Shown here: positions 6,724 to 13,902 of the stretch, piece after piece | Layout: each line of letters begins with the position of its first letter | Position numbering within the stretch: position 1 is the stretch's first letter | Origin: a virus | Lineage: Duplodnaviria; Heunggongvirae; Uroviricota; Caudoviricetes | Length of the DNA stretch: 13,902 nt | Virus record (IMG/VR): IMGVR_UViG_2541047917_000005 | Reading direction: 5' to 3' (one strand) | The notes under the pieces: generated by a model | Told to the model about the DNA's origin: nothing | Databases searched by the model: none | The model's input: the letters and a program-made list of their open reading frames with translations, nothing else | Program-made: the position numbers and the translations under genes

Positions 6724-6974
6724 CCACAGAGGAAATTAAACGACACCGCGAATTATTCGGCCTTGAACATCCGGCCCACACGACAACGGAGCGTTATCGC
6801 CAGCACCTGGCGGCGGGGGCGATATTCTGGGTTGATCATCATGGTTTTTTACGCAGCACGCTTTCCGGTGAAATTCTGGCGGCTGGTCCTGAACAGATTG
6901 ATGCGCTCATCGCATATCTGGAAAAGGTGAAGCCCCGCACAGTGCAATCAGTACCACCGGAAGACGTTAATTAA
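6714..6974 (+). CDS. Hypothetical protein (86 aa)
   Basis: ATG 6714 preceded by AAGGGGGA; overlaps the PerC-like stop. Followed directly by a strong terminator. No family recognised by eye. Confidence 0.5.
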   Translation: MPVTTEEIKRHRELFGLEHPAHTTTERYRQHLAAGAIFWVDHHGFLRSTLSGEILAAGPEQIDALIAYLEKVKPRTVQSVPPEDVN

Positions 6975-6981
6975 TGGCCCA

Positions 6982-7007
6982 GCCCTGGTTTAACCAGGGC
7001 TTTTTTT
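6982..7007 (+). terminator. Rho-independent terminator closing the early/replication module
   Basis: GCCCTGG-TTTAA-CCAGGGC stem-loop (6982-7000) followed by TTTTTTT (7001-7007), 8 nt after the TAA at 6972-6974. Confidence 0.7.
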
Positions 7008-7129
7008 GTCAGCTTTTGTAAATTATTTGTGCGTGGTTGTTCGTGGTTGTTCAGCGGCATGGCTGGCTTATTTTATCAGGCCCGAACCGTGGTTATTCTC
7101 GCCACTGTTGCCAGGACGCTGGGACCATT

Positions 7130-7168
7130 TTCCCGCCTGTTAATCTCATCAGCGTTAACAGGCGGGAA
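7130..7168. promoter_or_regulatory. Perfect 14-bp inverted repeat about 90 bp upstream of the capsid gene
   Basis: TTCCCGCCTGTTAA (7130-7143), 11-nt spacer, TTAACAGGCGGGAA (7155-7168). Not followed by a T-run. A tandem 10-bp direct repeat CGTGGTTGTT x2 lies at 7032-7051 in the same leader. Confidence 0.3.
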
Positions 7169-7257
7169 GCCTGCATCGGTGTGCATTTCTTTTTGTTCTC
7201 GTACCGTGAGTCTTGCCGCGTCCTGGTGTTTTCCTCTTTGCATCAGGACTTTTTTTT

Positions 7258-8427
7258 ATGCCGAGAATTATCGAATTGCGCCAGCAGAAAACCGCCATCA
7301 AAAATCAGATGCGCGACATGCTGGAGAACGCGGAAAAAGAAAACCGCAGCCTTAACGACGCCGAGGGCGCAAAATTTGACGAATTACGCGCTAAAGCTGA
7401 ATCCCTCGATAAAGACATTTCCCGCCTTGAAGCCGTTGCCGACGAAGAGCGCAGCAAGCCAGGTAAAGCCAGCCAGACCACTGACCCCGCAGAACTTCGC
7501 AACTACATCGTAACGGGTGACGTTCGCTCATTATCCACCACCACCAACGGCGGCAAGGACGGTGGTTATACCGTTATCCCTGAGCTTGATCGCGAGGTTA
7601 TGCGGTTACTGAGTGATGAAAGCGTCATGCGAATGATTGCGACGGTGAAAACGGCGAAATCAAACGAATACCAGAAACTGGTTTCCACAGGTGGCGCAAC
7701 GGTGGGGCGTGGCACTGAGGGCAACAAGCGAACCGAAACAGAAACCCCGAAAGTTGAGCGCGTAAGCATCAAACTTAACCCGATCTATGCCTACCCGAAA
7801 ACCACGCAGGAAATCCTGGATTTTTCAGAAGTGGATGTGCTGGGCTGGTTATCGTCTGAAATCGCCGACACGTTCGCCACGACCGAAGAAGATGATTTTG
7901 TAAATGGTGACGGTACTGGCAAGCCGAAGGGTTTCCTGAATTACACCCGTGATACCAACAACGACAAAGCCCGCGCCTTTGGCACCATTGAAAAAATGGT
8001 TACAACAACCGACGCCATTACAGCGGACGAACTGATCGACATCCTCTACAAGCTGAAAGCGAAATACCGTAAGAACGCCGTATGGGTGATGAACTCGAGT
8101 ACAGCGGCAGCATTGCAGAAGCTGAAAAACCAGAGCGGTGATTACGTATGGCGTGACAGCCTCAAAGAGGGCGCACCTGACACATTGCTGGGCCGTCCTG
8201 TTTATTACCTGGAAAGTATGCCGGACATCGGCAAAGGCAAAACGCCGCTGGCTGTCGGTGACTTTAAGCGCGGTTATTTCATCGTTGACCATGAAACGGG
8301 GATCCGTACCCGACCGGACAACATTACAGAGCCGGGTTTCTACAAGGTACACACGGACAAATACATCGGCGGCGGGGTTGTTGACTCCCGCGCGATAAAA
8401 GTCCTCGAGATGAAAAACGGCGGTTAA
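7258..8427 (+). CDS. Major capsid protein, HK97 family
   Basis: About 389 aa from ATG 7258. N-terminal coiled-coil delta-domain-like segment (ELRQQKTAIKNQMRDMLENAEKENRSLNDAEGAKFDELRAKAESLDKDISRLE) followed by an HK97-fold-like body (…GDFKRGYFIVDHETGIRTRPDNITEPGFYKVHTDKYIGGGVVDSRAIKVLEMK). The track start at 7213 is a TTG extension; no clear Shine-Dalgarno for either start. Confidence 0.9.
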   Translation: MPRIIELRQQKTAIKNQMRDMLENAEKENRSLNDAEGAKFDELRAKAESLDKDISRLEAVADEERSKPGKASQTTDPAELRNYIVTGDVRSLSTTTNGGKDGGYTVIPELDREVMRLLSDESVMRMIATVKTAKSNEYQKLVSTGGATVGRGTEGNKRTETETPKVERVSIKLNPIYAYPKTTQEILDFSEVDVLGWLSSEIADTFATTEEDDFVNGDGTGKPKGFLNYTRDTNNDKARAFGTIEKMVTTTDAITADELIDILYKLKAKYRKNAVWVMNSSTAAALQKLKNQSGDYVWRDSLKEGAPDTLLGRPVYYLESMPDIGKGKTPLAVGDFKRGYFIVDHETGIRTRPDNITEPGFYKVHTDKYIGGGVVDSRAIKVLEMKNGG

Positions 8428-8435
8428 CAGAAAAA

Positions 8436-8462
8436 GGGGCTAAAAAGCCCCTTTGGTGTTTT
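8436..8462 (+). terminator. Hairpin plus T-rich tract just after the capsid gene (possible partial terminator)
   Basis: GGGGCT-AAAA-AGCCCC (8436-8451) followed by TTTGGTGTTTT (8452-8462), 8 nt after the capsid stop codon. Confidence 0.45.
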
Positions 8463-8477
8463 ATGGGTGAAAAAAAT

Positions 8478-9038
8478 ATGAAAAAGAGCATGGAAATCCG
8501 GTCATCAGAAATCACCACCAGCGGAGCCAGTACGCTGACGGGTTACGTTGTTCGCTGGAATAACCTTTCTGATCTGCTATGGGGTGAGTTTTACGAAAAA
8601 TTCCAGCGGGGGGCGTTCAGTGAGTGGCTGGCGGCGGGTAATGACGTTCGCGGCCTGTATGAGCATGACCACAGCATGTTACTGGGGCGCACCCGTTCCG
8701 GCACGCTGAAACTGGAAGAGGACGACACAGGGTTACGCTTTGAACTGACCCCACCGGATACCAGCACAGGGCGGGACGTTATCGAACTGGTTAAACGTGG
8801 TGATATATCCGGCATGAGCTTTGGCTTTCGTTCCCGTAAGGATGTATGGGATACCACAACAGATCCATGCGTGCGCACCGTGCTGGTGGCGGAACTGTAC
8901 GAAATTACCGTTACATCCGTACCGGCTTACCCTGATTCCGGCGTGGATCTGGCCCGCCGTTCCCTGTATGAGCAGCACCCCGAAAAAATGCCACGCGCGG
9001 ATAATCGCCGCTGGTGGGCGGATTTAGCGGGGGTGTGA
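8478..9038 (+). CDS. Prohead maturation protease, HK97 family (S78/U35-like)
   Basis: Motifs GYVVRWNNLSD, YEHDHSMLLGRT, GLRFELTPPDT, ISGMSFGF are consistent with HK97 gp4-type proteases. Start uncertain between ATG 8463, 8478 and 8490; 8478 has GGTGA 7 nt upstream. Stop TGA 9036-9038. Confidence 0.85.
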   Translation: MKKSMEIRSSEITTSGASTLTGYVVRWNNLSDLLWGEFYEKFQRGAFSEWLAAGNDVRGLYEHDHSMLLGRTRSGTLKLEEDDTGLRFELTPPDTSTGRDVIELVKRGDISGMSFGFRSRKDVWDTTTDPCVRTVLVAELYEITVTSVPAYPDSGVDLARRSLYEQHPEKMPRADNRRWWADLAGV

Positions 9039-9039
9039 T

Positions 9040-10254
9040 ATGTGGCCTTTCAGACGAAAACAAGAGCATCGCAGCCTTACGCTGGATGAATTTATGGCGC
9101 TGGCTGGCACATCGAACACGGGGGCGGGTGAGTACGTATCATCGGGGACAGCGGAATCACTCCCCGCCGTCATGAACGCCGTCACGGTCATCTCTGAGGC
9201 GGTGGCTACTATGCCATGCTACCTGTACCTGGTACGCAATGAGAAGGGGAAGGAGGCCCGCGAGTGGCTTGATTCTCATCCGGTCGATCATATCCTCAAC
9301 GAGCGCCCGAACGCGTGGCAGACGCCCTATCAGTTTAAGCGAATGATGGTCCGCCACTGCCTGTTAAACGGTAATGCTTATGCGGTGATTCAGTGGGGGC
9401 GTGATGGTTTTCCGGTGGCTTTGCACCCTTACCCGCCGCAGTCGGTGAATGTTGAGCAGACAGGGGAACATAACTGGCGTTACCGCATCACTGACGCTTA
9501 CAGCGGAAACACCCGCAACTATTTACCGTGGGAGGTTCTCCACCTTCGTTACTCCACGGATGACGGCTTTATGGGGCGCTCACCTGTGACCATCTGCCGC
9601 GAATCGCTGGGGCTTGGGCTGGCCCAACAGCGCCACGGCGCGAGCGTGATGCGTGATGGCATGATGGCAGCAGGGGTTATCACGTCAGGCGAATGGCTGG
9701 ACGGCGTGAAGGGCAAACAGGCATTAGCCGCACTGGAACGCTACAAAGGAGCCAGAAACGCCGGAAAAACGCCCATTCTTGAAGGGGGTATGAGCTATCA
9801 GCAGCTTGGCATGAGTAACCAGGATGCTGAATGGCTGGCCTCCCGTCGCTTCACCATTGAAGACATCGCCCGAATGTTCAACGTCTCGCCGATTTTTCTG
9901 CAGGAATACAGCAACAGCACCTACAGCAATTTCAGCGAGGCAAGCCGCGCGTTTCTGACCATGACGATGCGCCCGTGGCTGGCGAACTTTGAGCAGCAGA
10001 TAAAAAATGCTTTGCTGGTGGCCTCGCCTGTACCTGGTATCCGGTATCAGGTGGAGTTTGACAGCGCGGACCTGTTACGGGCCACACCTGGCGAACGCTT
10101 TGCCACCTATGAACGCGGCATCAAGTCCGGCGTTATGTGCCCGAACGAAGCCCGCGAACGTGAGGGATTATCGCCGCGTGATGGTGGCGATGAGTTCAGC
10201 CAGGCCTGGAAACAGGAGATCGAAGTAAAGGACGATAAAGAGGGCAAATCATGA
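9040..10254 (+). CDS. Portal protein, HK97 family
   Basis: 404 aa with portal-like core (…NGNAYAVIQWGRDG…WEVLHLRY…MRPWLANFEQQI…). ATG 9040 is 1 nt after the protease stop, preceded by GGGGGTG. Confidence 0.9.
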   Translation: MWPFRRKQEHRSLTLDEFMALAGTSNTGAGEYVSSGTAESLPAVMNAVTVISEAVATMPCYLYLVRNEKGKEAREWLDSHPVDHILNERPNAWQTPYQFKRMMVRHCLLNGNAYAVIQWGRDGFPVALHPYPPQSVNVEQTGEHNWRYRITDAYSGNTRNYLPWEVLHLRYSTDDGFMGRSPVTICRESLGLGLAQQRHGASVMRDGMMAAGVITSGEWLDGVKGKQALAALERYKGARNAGKTPILEGGMSYQQLGMSNQDAEWLASRRFTIEDIARMFNVSPIFLQEYSNSTYSNFSEASRAFLTMTMRPWLANFEQQIKNALLVASPVPGIRYQVEFDSADLLRATPGERFATYERGIKSGVMCPNEAREREGLSPRDGGDEFSQAWKQEIEVKDDKEGKS

Positions 10255-10589
10255 GAGCGGGGAGCATGAGGGATCGCATTGTCATCATGAGCGCGAAACT
10301 TTCCCGCCTCCCTTCCGGTGCAATGAAAAGCACATGGGAGGATGTTGCCACCGTATGGGCGGAGGTGAAAGGGATCAGCGGACGGGAACGCATGACCGCA
10401 GGTGCAGAAACGGCACAGGCAACCGTAAGAGTCTGGATCCGTTTTCGTGGGGATGTTACGGCATCCAGCCGGATACGGGTACTCACGGGGGCTTATTCCG
10501 GCAATGAGCTTGATATTGTTGGCCCCCCCGTTCCCGACGGTAAAAGGACTCGTCTGGAAATTCTTTGTAAAACAGGTGCGCCACGATGA
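10251..10589 (+). CDS. Head closure / head-tail adaptor protein
   Basis: 112 aa. Pattern R..I.....SGAM...WEDVATVWAEV...SGRE...AGAE.A....V.IR.R.DV.....R....G.....L.I.G...P..DG.R.RLEILC matches the phage head-closure (head_tail_join) family. ATG overlaps the portal stop (ATGA); AGAGGG upstream. Confidence 0.7.
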   Translation: MRAGSMRDRIVIMSAKLSRLPSGAMKSTWEDVATVWAEVKGISGRERMTAGAETAQATVRVWIRFRGDVTASSRIRVLTGAYSGNELDIVGPPVPDGKRTRLEILCKTGAPR

Positions 10590-10882
10590 CAGCAGAATTA
10601 ATCACCCTGGAAGAAGTGAAACTCCATTGCCGCATTGATGGCAATGAGGAAGACCAGTTAATCAGCGGATACATCGCCGCCGCGCTTGAGGTGTGCCAGA
10701 AACACATCGGCAGGCGCTTTGATGACGGGCTGGAGTTCACGCCAGCCATAAAGATTGGCTGCATGATGTACGTGTCGCAACTGTACGAATACAGGGCCAC
10801 GGTCGGGGATGCAGACACAAAAGAAATCCCGCTGGCTGTAGGGATGCTCTGGTCGGTTTATCGTGATGTGGGGGTGTACTGA
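10586..10882 (+). CDS. gp6-like head-tail connector protein
   Basis: 98 aa. N-terminal LITLEEVKLHCRIDGNEEDQLISGYIAAA is typical of the phage gp6-like connector family. ATG overlaps the upstream stop. Confidence 0.7.
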   Translation: MTAELITLEEVKLHCRIDGNEEDQLISGYIAAALEVCQKHIGRRFDDGLEFTPAIKIGCMMYVSQLYEYRATVGDADTKEIPLAVGMLWSVYRDVGVY

Positions 10883-11322
10883 TGCCGTGGCAACCATTAA
10901 GGCGATGCACTGAGCCGGGCTGTAATAAGCGCGTGAAGTCCGGCAAGTGTGAAGAGCACAGGCGGGCTGCATGGCGTGCAGAGGATGCCAGACGGGGACA
11001 CCGCCGCGCACGTGGGTATTCCCGACAGTGGGACAAATACCGCGCCATGTACCTGAAAAAAAATCCGTTATGTGTGCGTTGTCTGGCTGAGGGTATTTAT
11101 ACGCCAGCCTTTGTGGTGGATCACATTATCCCCATCAATGGTGGCGGTGATGTTCTCTTCTGGCCTGAGTGGAATCACCAGGCATTGTGCCAGACGTGCC
11201 ACAACCGTAAGACGACGCGGGAAGATCCCGCCACGAAAGCAAACCGTAAAGCGGGCATGTATCGCGAGCAGGAAGAACGGGCGGCACACCGTAACGACTG
11301 GATGTATGGCGATGATGACTGA
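10882..11322 (+). CDS. HNH endonuclease (packaging-associated)
   Basis: 146 aa. Cys-rich N-terminus (CTEPGCN...GKCEEH) and an HNH core (VVDHIIPINGGGD...NHQALCQTCHNRKT). Lies immediately upstream of terS/terL, as in HK97-like cos packaging modules. Confidence 0.9.
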   Translation: MPWQPLRRCTEPGCNKRVKSGKCEEHRRAAWRAEDARRGHRRARGYSRQWDKYRAMYLKKNPLCVRCLAEGIYTPAFVVDHIIPINGGGDVLFWPEWNHQALCQTCHNRKTTREDPATKANRKAGMYREQEERAAHRNDWMYGDDD

Positions 11323-11491
11323 ACAGGAACAAAACAGGCTGATTCGTGGACTGATAAGGCAGCATGACGCATGGAAGACACAGGAGACAGGGCACAAAGC
11401 CAACAGGACAGGGCGCACAGAACGCACCACCGCGAAGCGATTAACCGACCGTGACCGCGAGGTCATGGAATGTTTTCGCAATCGCTGGTGA
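11306..11491 (+). CDS. Possible small ORF (61 aa) overlapping the HNH 3' end
   Basis: ATG 11306 in the +1 frame relative to HNH; product MAMMTEQEQNRLIRGLIRQHDAWKTQETGHKANRTGRTERTTAKRLTDRDREVMECFRNRW. No convincing Shine-Dalgarno. May be translated or may simply mark the packaging-site region. Confidence 0.2.
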   Translation: MAMMTEQEQNRLIRGLIRQHDAWKTQETGHKANRTGRTERTTAKRLTDRDREVMECFRNRW

Positions 11492-11610
11492 GGCCGTCAG
11501 AGGGGGTGGGGGTGGTTTTCAGGACGAAACCGTCCCTGCCGGACACCGACCGCCTCCTCAAATTTTTATGCACGGGAATTTTTTGAAAAATAATCTGACG
11601 AAAAATAAGC

Positions 11611-11967
11611 ATGGCAAGACCACCGAAAGCCCCCGCCTACCTGGATGACATCGCCGTGAAGCAGTGGCGGGAAAAATCGCGGCAGCTTGCGGAACGGGGA
11701 GACCTGACCCCCGCCGACTGGAGCAATCTGGAACTGTATTGTGTCAACTACTCCATTTACCGGAAAGCCGTCGCAGACCTTGCGGCGCGCGGGTTCAGCA
11801 TTGTTAACAGTCAGGGCGGCGAGAGCAGAAACCCCGCATTAAGCGCAAAATCCGACGCTGAAAGAGTGATGATAAAAATGGCCTCCTTGCTCGGTTTTGA
11901 CCCGATAAGCCGCCGTAAAAATCCACCGGAAACAGAAGAAGAGGACGAGCTTGACCGCCTGGAATAA
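11611..11967 (+). CDS. terS: Terminase small subunit (P27-family-like)
   Basis: 118 aa (MARPPKAPAYLDDIAVKQWREKSRQLAERGDLTPADWSNLELYCVNYSIYRKA…) resembles P27-family small terminases. Directly upstream of, and overlapping, terL. Confidence 0.85.
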   Translation: MARPPKAPAYLDDIAVKQWREKSRQLAERGDLTPADWSNLELYCVNYSIYRKAVADLAARGFSIVNSQGGESRNPALSAKSDAERVMIKMASLLGFDPISRRKNPPETEEEDELDRLE

Positions 11968-13612
11968 GTACGCAGAAGACGTAAAAACGGGCAAAATTCC
12001 GGCCTGTAAACGGCTGAAACAGGCCGTTAAACGGTACTTTTCGGACCTTGAAAGCCCCCTTTACACGTTCGATCGTGAGGTTGTGGAGCGGTTTATTGCC
12101 TTTTCCAGGGTGTGCGCGCACGTAAAAGGGCCGATGCGTGGCAGACCCATTGAGCTGGAGCCGTGGCAGCAGTTCGCCTTTGCGTGCATCCTCGGCTTTA
12201 AGGTTAAGGCCACCGGACGGCGCAAATACACGAGCGCCTTTATCGAAGTGCCGCGCAAAAATGCGAAATCCACGACCGCCGCGATTCTGGCTAACTGGTT
12301 TTTGATTATGGAGAACGGTCAGCAGGATATCTACACCGCAGCGGTGAGCCGTGACCAGGCGCGGATCGTCTTTGATGATGCGCGTCAGATGTGCCTTTTA
12401 TCCCGACCGTTACGCAGGCGGGTGAATATTCAGGCGCATAAGGTGATACACCCGAAAACCAACAGCCTGTTAAAGCCACTGGCAGCAAAAGCGGCAACCA
12501 TTGAGGGGACAAACCCGAGTCTTGCCATTGTGGATGAATATCACCTGCACCCAGACAACGGGGTTTATTCCGCACTTGATATGGGGATGGGGGCGCGTCC
12601 GGAGGGGCTGTTATTTGCCATCACCACATCGGGGAGCAACGTTGTTTCAGCCTGTAAACAACACTATGACTATTGCTGTCAGATACTGGATGGTGAAGAG
12701 ATGAACGAATCCATGTTCGTTCTGATTTACGAGCTGGATGATGAAAGCGAGGTTGACGATCCGGCGATGTGGATAAAGGCGAATCCAAATATCGATGTTT
12801 CCGTCGATCGTGAAAAACTGGCCTCAACCATCCAGAAAGCGCGGGGTATTCCGTCGCAGTGGGTGGAAATGCTCACCAAGCGATTCAATATCTGGTGTCA
12901 GGGGGCTACGCCGTGGATGGGTAACGGTGCATGGGCGGAGTGCGCCGGAACGTTCACGGAGGAAGATTTACACGGCCAGGAGTGTTACGCGGGGCTGGAT
13001 TTATCATCCACAAGCGATATTTCCAGCGTGTGCTATGCCTTTCCGGTCGGTAAAACCATTATGCTGGTTTCCCGTCATTATCTGCCGGAGTTCCAGCTAC
13101 AGAACCCCGCCAATAAAAACCGCGCTGTCTATCGTCAGTGGGCTAAAGCGGGCTGGATACGCACAACGCCTGGCGACTGCATTGATTACGACCGGATCAG
13201 AGATGACATCATGCAGGACGCGGAGAATTTCAATATCAGGCTGGTGGGTTTCGATACATGGAACGCCACGCACCTGAGGACGCAGCTACAGGGCGCGGGA
13301 TTTGAGGTGGAGCCGTTCCCGCAAACATACCTTCGTTTCAGTCCGGCGGCGAAATCGTTCGAAGTTTTTGTTAACCGGAAGGTGATTGTGCATCGTGGTG
13401 ATCCGGTGCTGGCCTGGTCAATGAGTAATGTTGTGATGCAGAGTGACGCGAACGCCAATATCAAGCCGAACAAGAAAAAATCATCCAACAAGATAGACCC
13501 GAGCGTTGCGGCGCTGATGGCGTTTGGCACATTCCAGGCAGAGCATGAAGATTTTGCCTTTGATATAAGCGACAGCCACAAAGAGCGGCTTGCGGCGTTT
13601 GATGGGGTATGA
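11951..13612 (+). CDS. terL: Terminase large subunit
   Basis: 553 aa. Typical TerL N-terminus (WNKYAEDVKTGKIPACKRLKQAVKRYFSDLE), P-loop region (EVPRKNAKSTTAA), Walker-B-like LAIVDEYH and a C-terminal nuclease-like region. Apparent TTG start at 11951 with GAGGA 5 nt upstream; 17-nt overlap with terS. Confidence 0.9.
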   Translation: MTAWNKYAEDVKTGKIPACKRLKQAVKRYFSDLESPLYTFDREVVERFIAFSRVCAHVKGPMRGRPIELEPWQQFAFACILGFKVKATGRRKYTSAFIEVPRKNAKSTTAAILANWFLIMENGQQDIYTAAVSRDQARIVFDDARQMCLLSRPLRRRVNIQAHKVIHPKTNSLLKPLAAKAATIEGTNPSLAIVDEYHLHPDNGVYSALDMGMGARPEGLLFAITTSGSNVVSACKQHYDYCCQILDGEEMNESMFVLIYELDDESEVDDPAMWIKANPNIDVSVDREKLASTIQKARGIPSQWVEMLTKRFNIWCQGATPWMGNGAWAECAGTFTEEDLHGQECYAGLDLSSTSDISSVCYAFPVGKTIMLVSRHYLPEFQLQNPANKNRAVYRQWAKAGWIRTTPGDCIDYDRIRDDIMQDAENFNIRLVGFDTWNATHLRTQLQGAGFEVEPFPQTYLRFSPAAKSFEVFVNRKVIVHRGDPVLAWSMSNVVMQSDANANIKPNKKKSSNKIDPSVAALMAFGTFQAEHEDFAFDISDSHKERLAAFDGV

Positions 13613-13902
13613 CGAGAATGAGCGAAACCGAACTACTAAAAATAATCCGCCGCGTTACCGGAATCAGCCCGGCAGCAGGCAAACGTGAGGCCACGCAGCC
13701 GGAAACTGTCACCGCTGAAAATTACGCGCGTGTGGTGGCTGAGGTGATGCGCCGTGATGGTATAGAACTTAATGGCGTGGATATGCGCAACATACGAACC
13801 AGAGTTCTTGAGTTGCTGGCCTACCGTCGCCGCGTGGAGATGTATCGGGAGAAGGAGAAAATAACGTACCACTGGAAGAAGCCGGAGCGGTTGCGGCGGT
13901 AA
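13609..13902 (+). CDS. Hypothetical protein (97 aa), stop at the last base of the window
   Basis: ATG 13609 overlaps the terL stop (ATGA); alternative ATG at 13618. Charged, helical-looking; no family recognised by eye. Confidence 0.45.
   Translation: MTRMSETELLKIIRRVTGISPAAGKREATQPETVTAENYARVVAEVMRRDGIELNGVDMRNIRTRVLELLAYRRRVEMYREKEKITYHWKKPERLRR

Larger units (their letters stand above)
1..13902. mobile_element. Integrative phage satellite, capsid-forming PICI-like; boundaries and att sites outside the window
   Basis: Co-directional int, alpA, primase-helicase, iteron origin and ssb, followed by a complete HK97-type head and packaging gene set. No tail, baseplate, fibre or lysis genes in 13.9 kb. 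The connector genes are followed by HNH-terS-terL rather than by tail genes. Confidence 0.6.

Noticed and set aside
7029-7513. Plus-strand ORFs 7029-7355 and 7037-7513 spanning the capsid leader and the capsid 5' end
   Set aside because: They cross the intergenic leader with its repeats and dyad, in frames different from the capsid gene, and give low-complexity products.
7305-11481. Assorted minus-strand and alternative-frame ORFs inside the capsid, protease, portal, connector, HNH, terS and terL genes (for example 7849-8352, 8591-8878, 9157-9357, 10483-10818, 10658-11011, 11068-11481, 11804-12121, 13186-13581)
   Set aside because: Each is embedded in a family-recognisable plus-strand gene and reads as a shadow ORF.
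1-13902. tRNA, tmRNA or att direct repeats marking the island boundary
   Set aside because: No cloverleaf-like tRNA sequence or obvious att repeat pair was recognised inside the window. The integrase abuts the left edge, so attL is expected just outside.
1-13902. Defence-system cargo such as restriction-modification, toxin-antitoxin, Abi or retron
   Set aside because: No ORF shows a nuclease, methylase, reverse-transcriptase or toxin-like motif recognisable by eye. The small unknown ORFs are left as hypothetical rather than over-called.

Overview
Gene-dense, almost entirely plus-strand mobile element with enterobacterial-type composition, read by eye only (no BLAST/HMM run). Left to right: a P4-type tyrosine integrase at the window edge (1-1239), an AlpA-family regulator (1659-1868), a switch-like region with a 59-aa minus-strand ribbon-helix-helix-like ORF missing from the ORF track (2238-2417) next to three perfect copies of the palindrome GTGTTCAACAC (2468-2519), Icd-like tandem domains (2617-3231), two small unknown proteins, a P4-alpha-type primase/helicase (3753-5501), an iteron-rich putative origin (5513-5745), SSB (6045-6455) and a PerC-like regulator (6466-6723). 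After a strong terminator (6982-7007) comes a complete HK97-type head and packaging module in an unusual order: major capsid, prohead protease, portal, head closure, gp6-like connector, HNH endonuclease, small and large terminase (7258-13612). No tail, baseplate, fibre or lysis genes are present in the window. The best-fitting interpretation is a capsid-forming phage-inducible chromosomal island (cf-PICI-like phage satellite) that makes its own heads but would need helper-phage tails. Neither att site is in the window and the right boundary is not visible.
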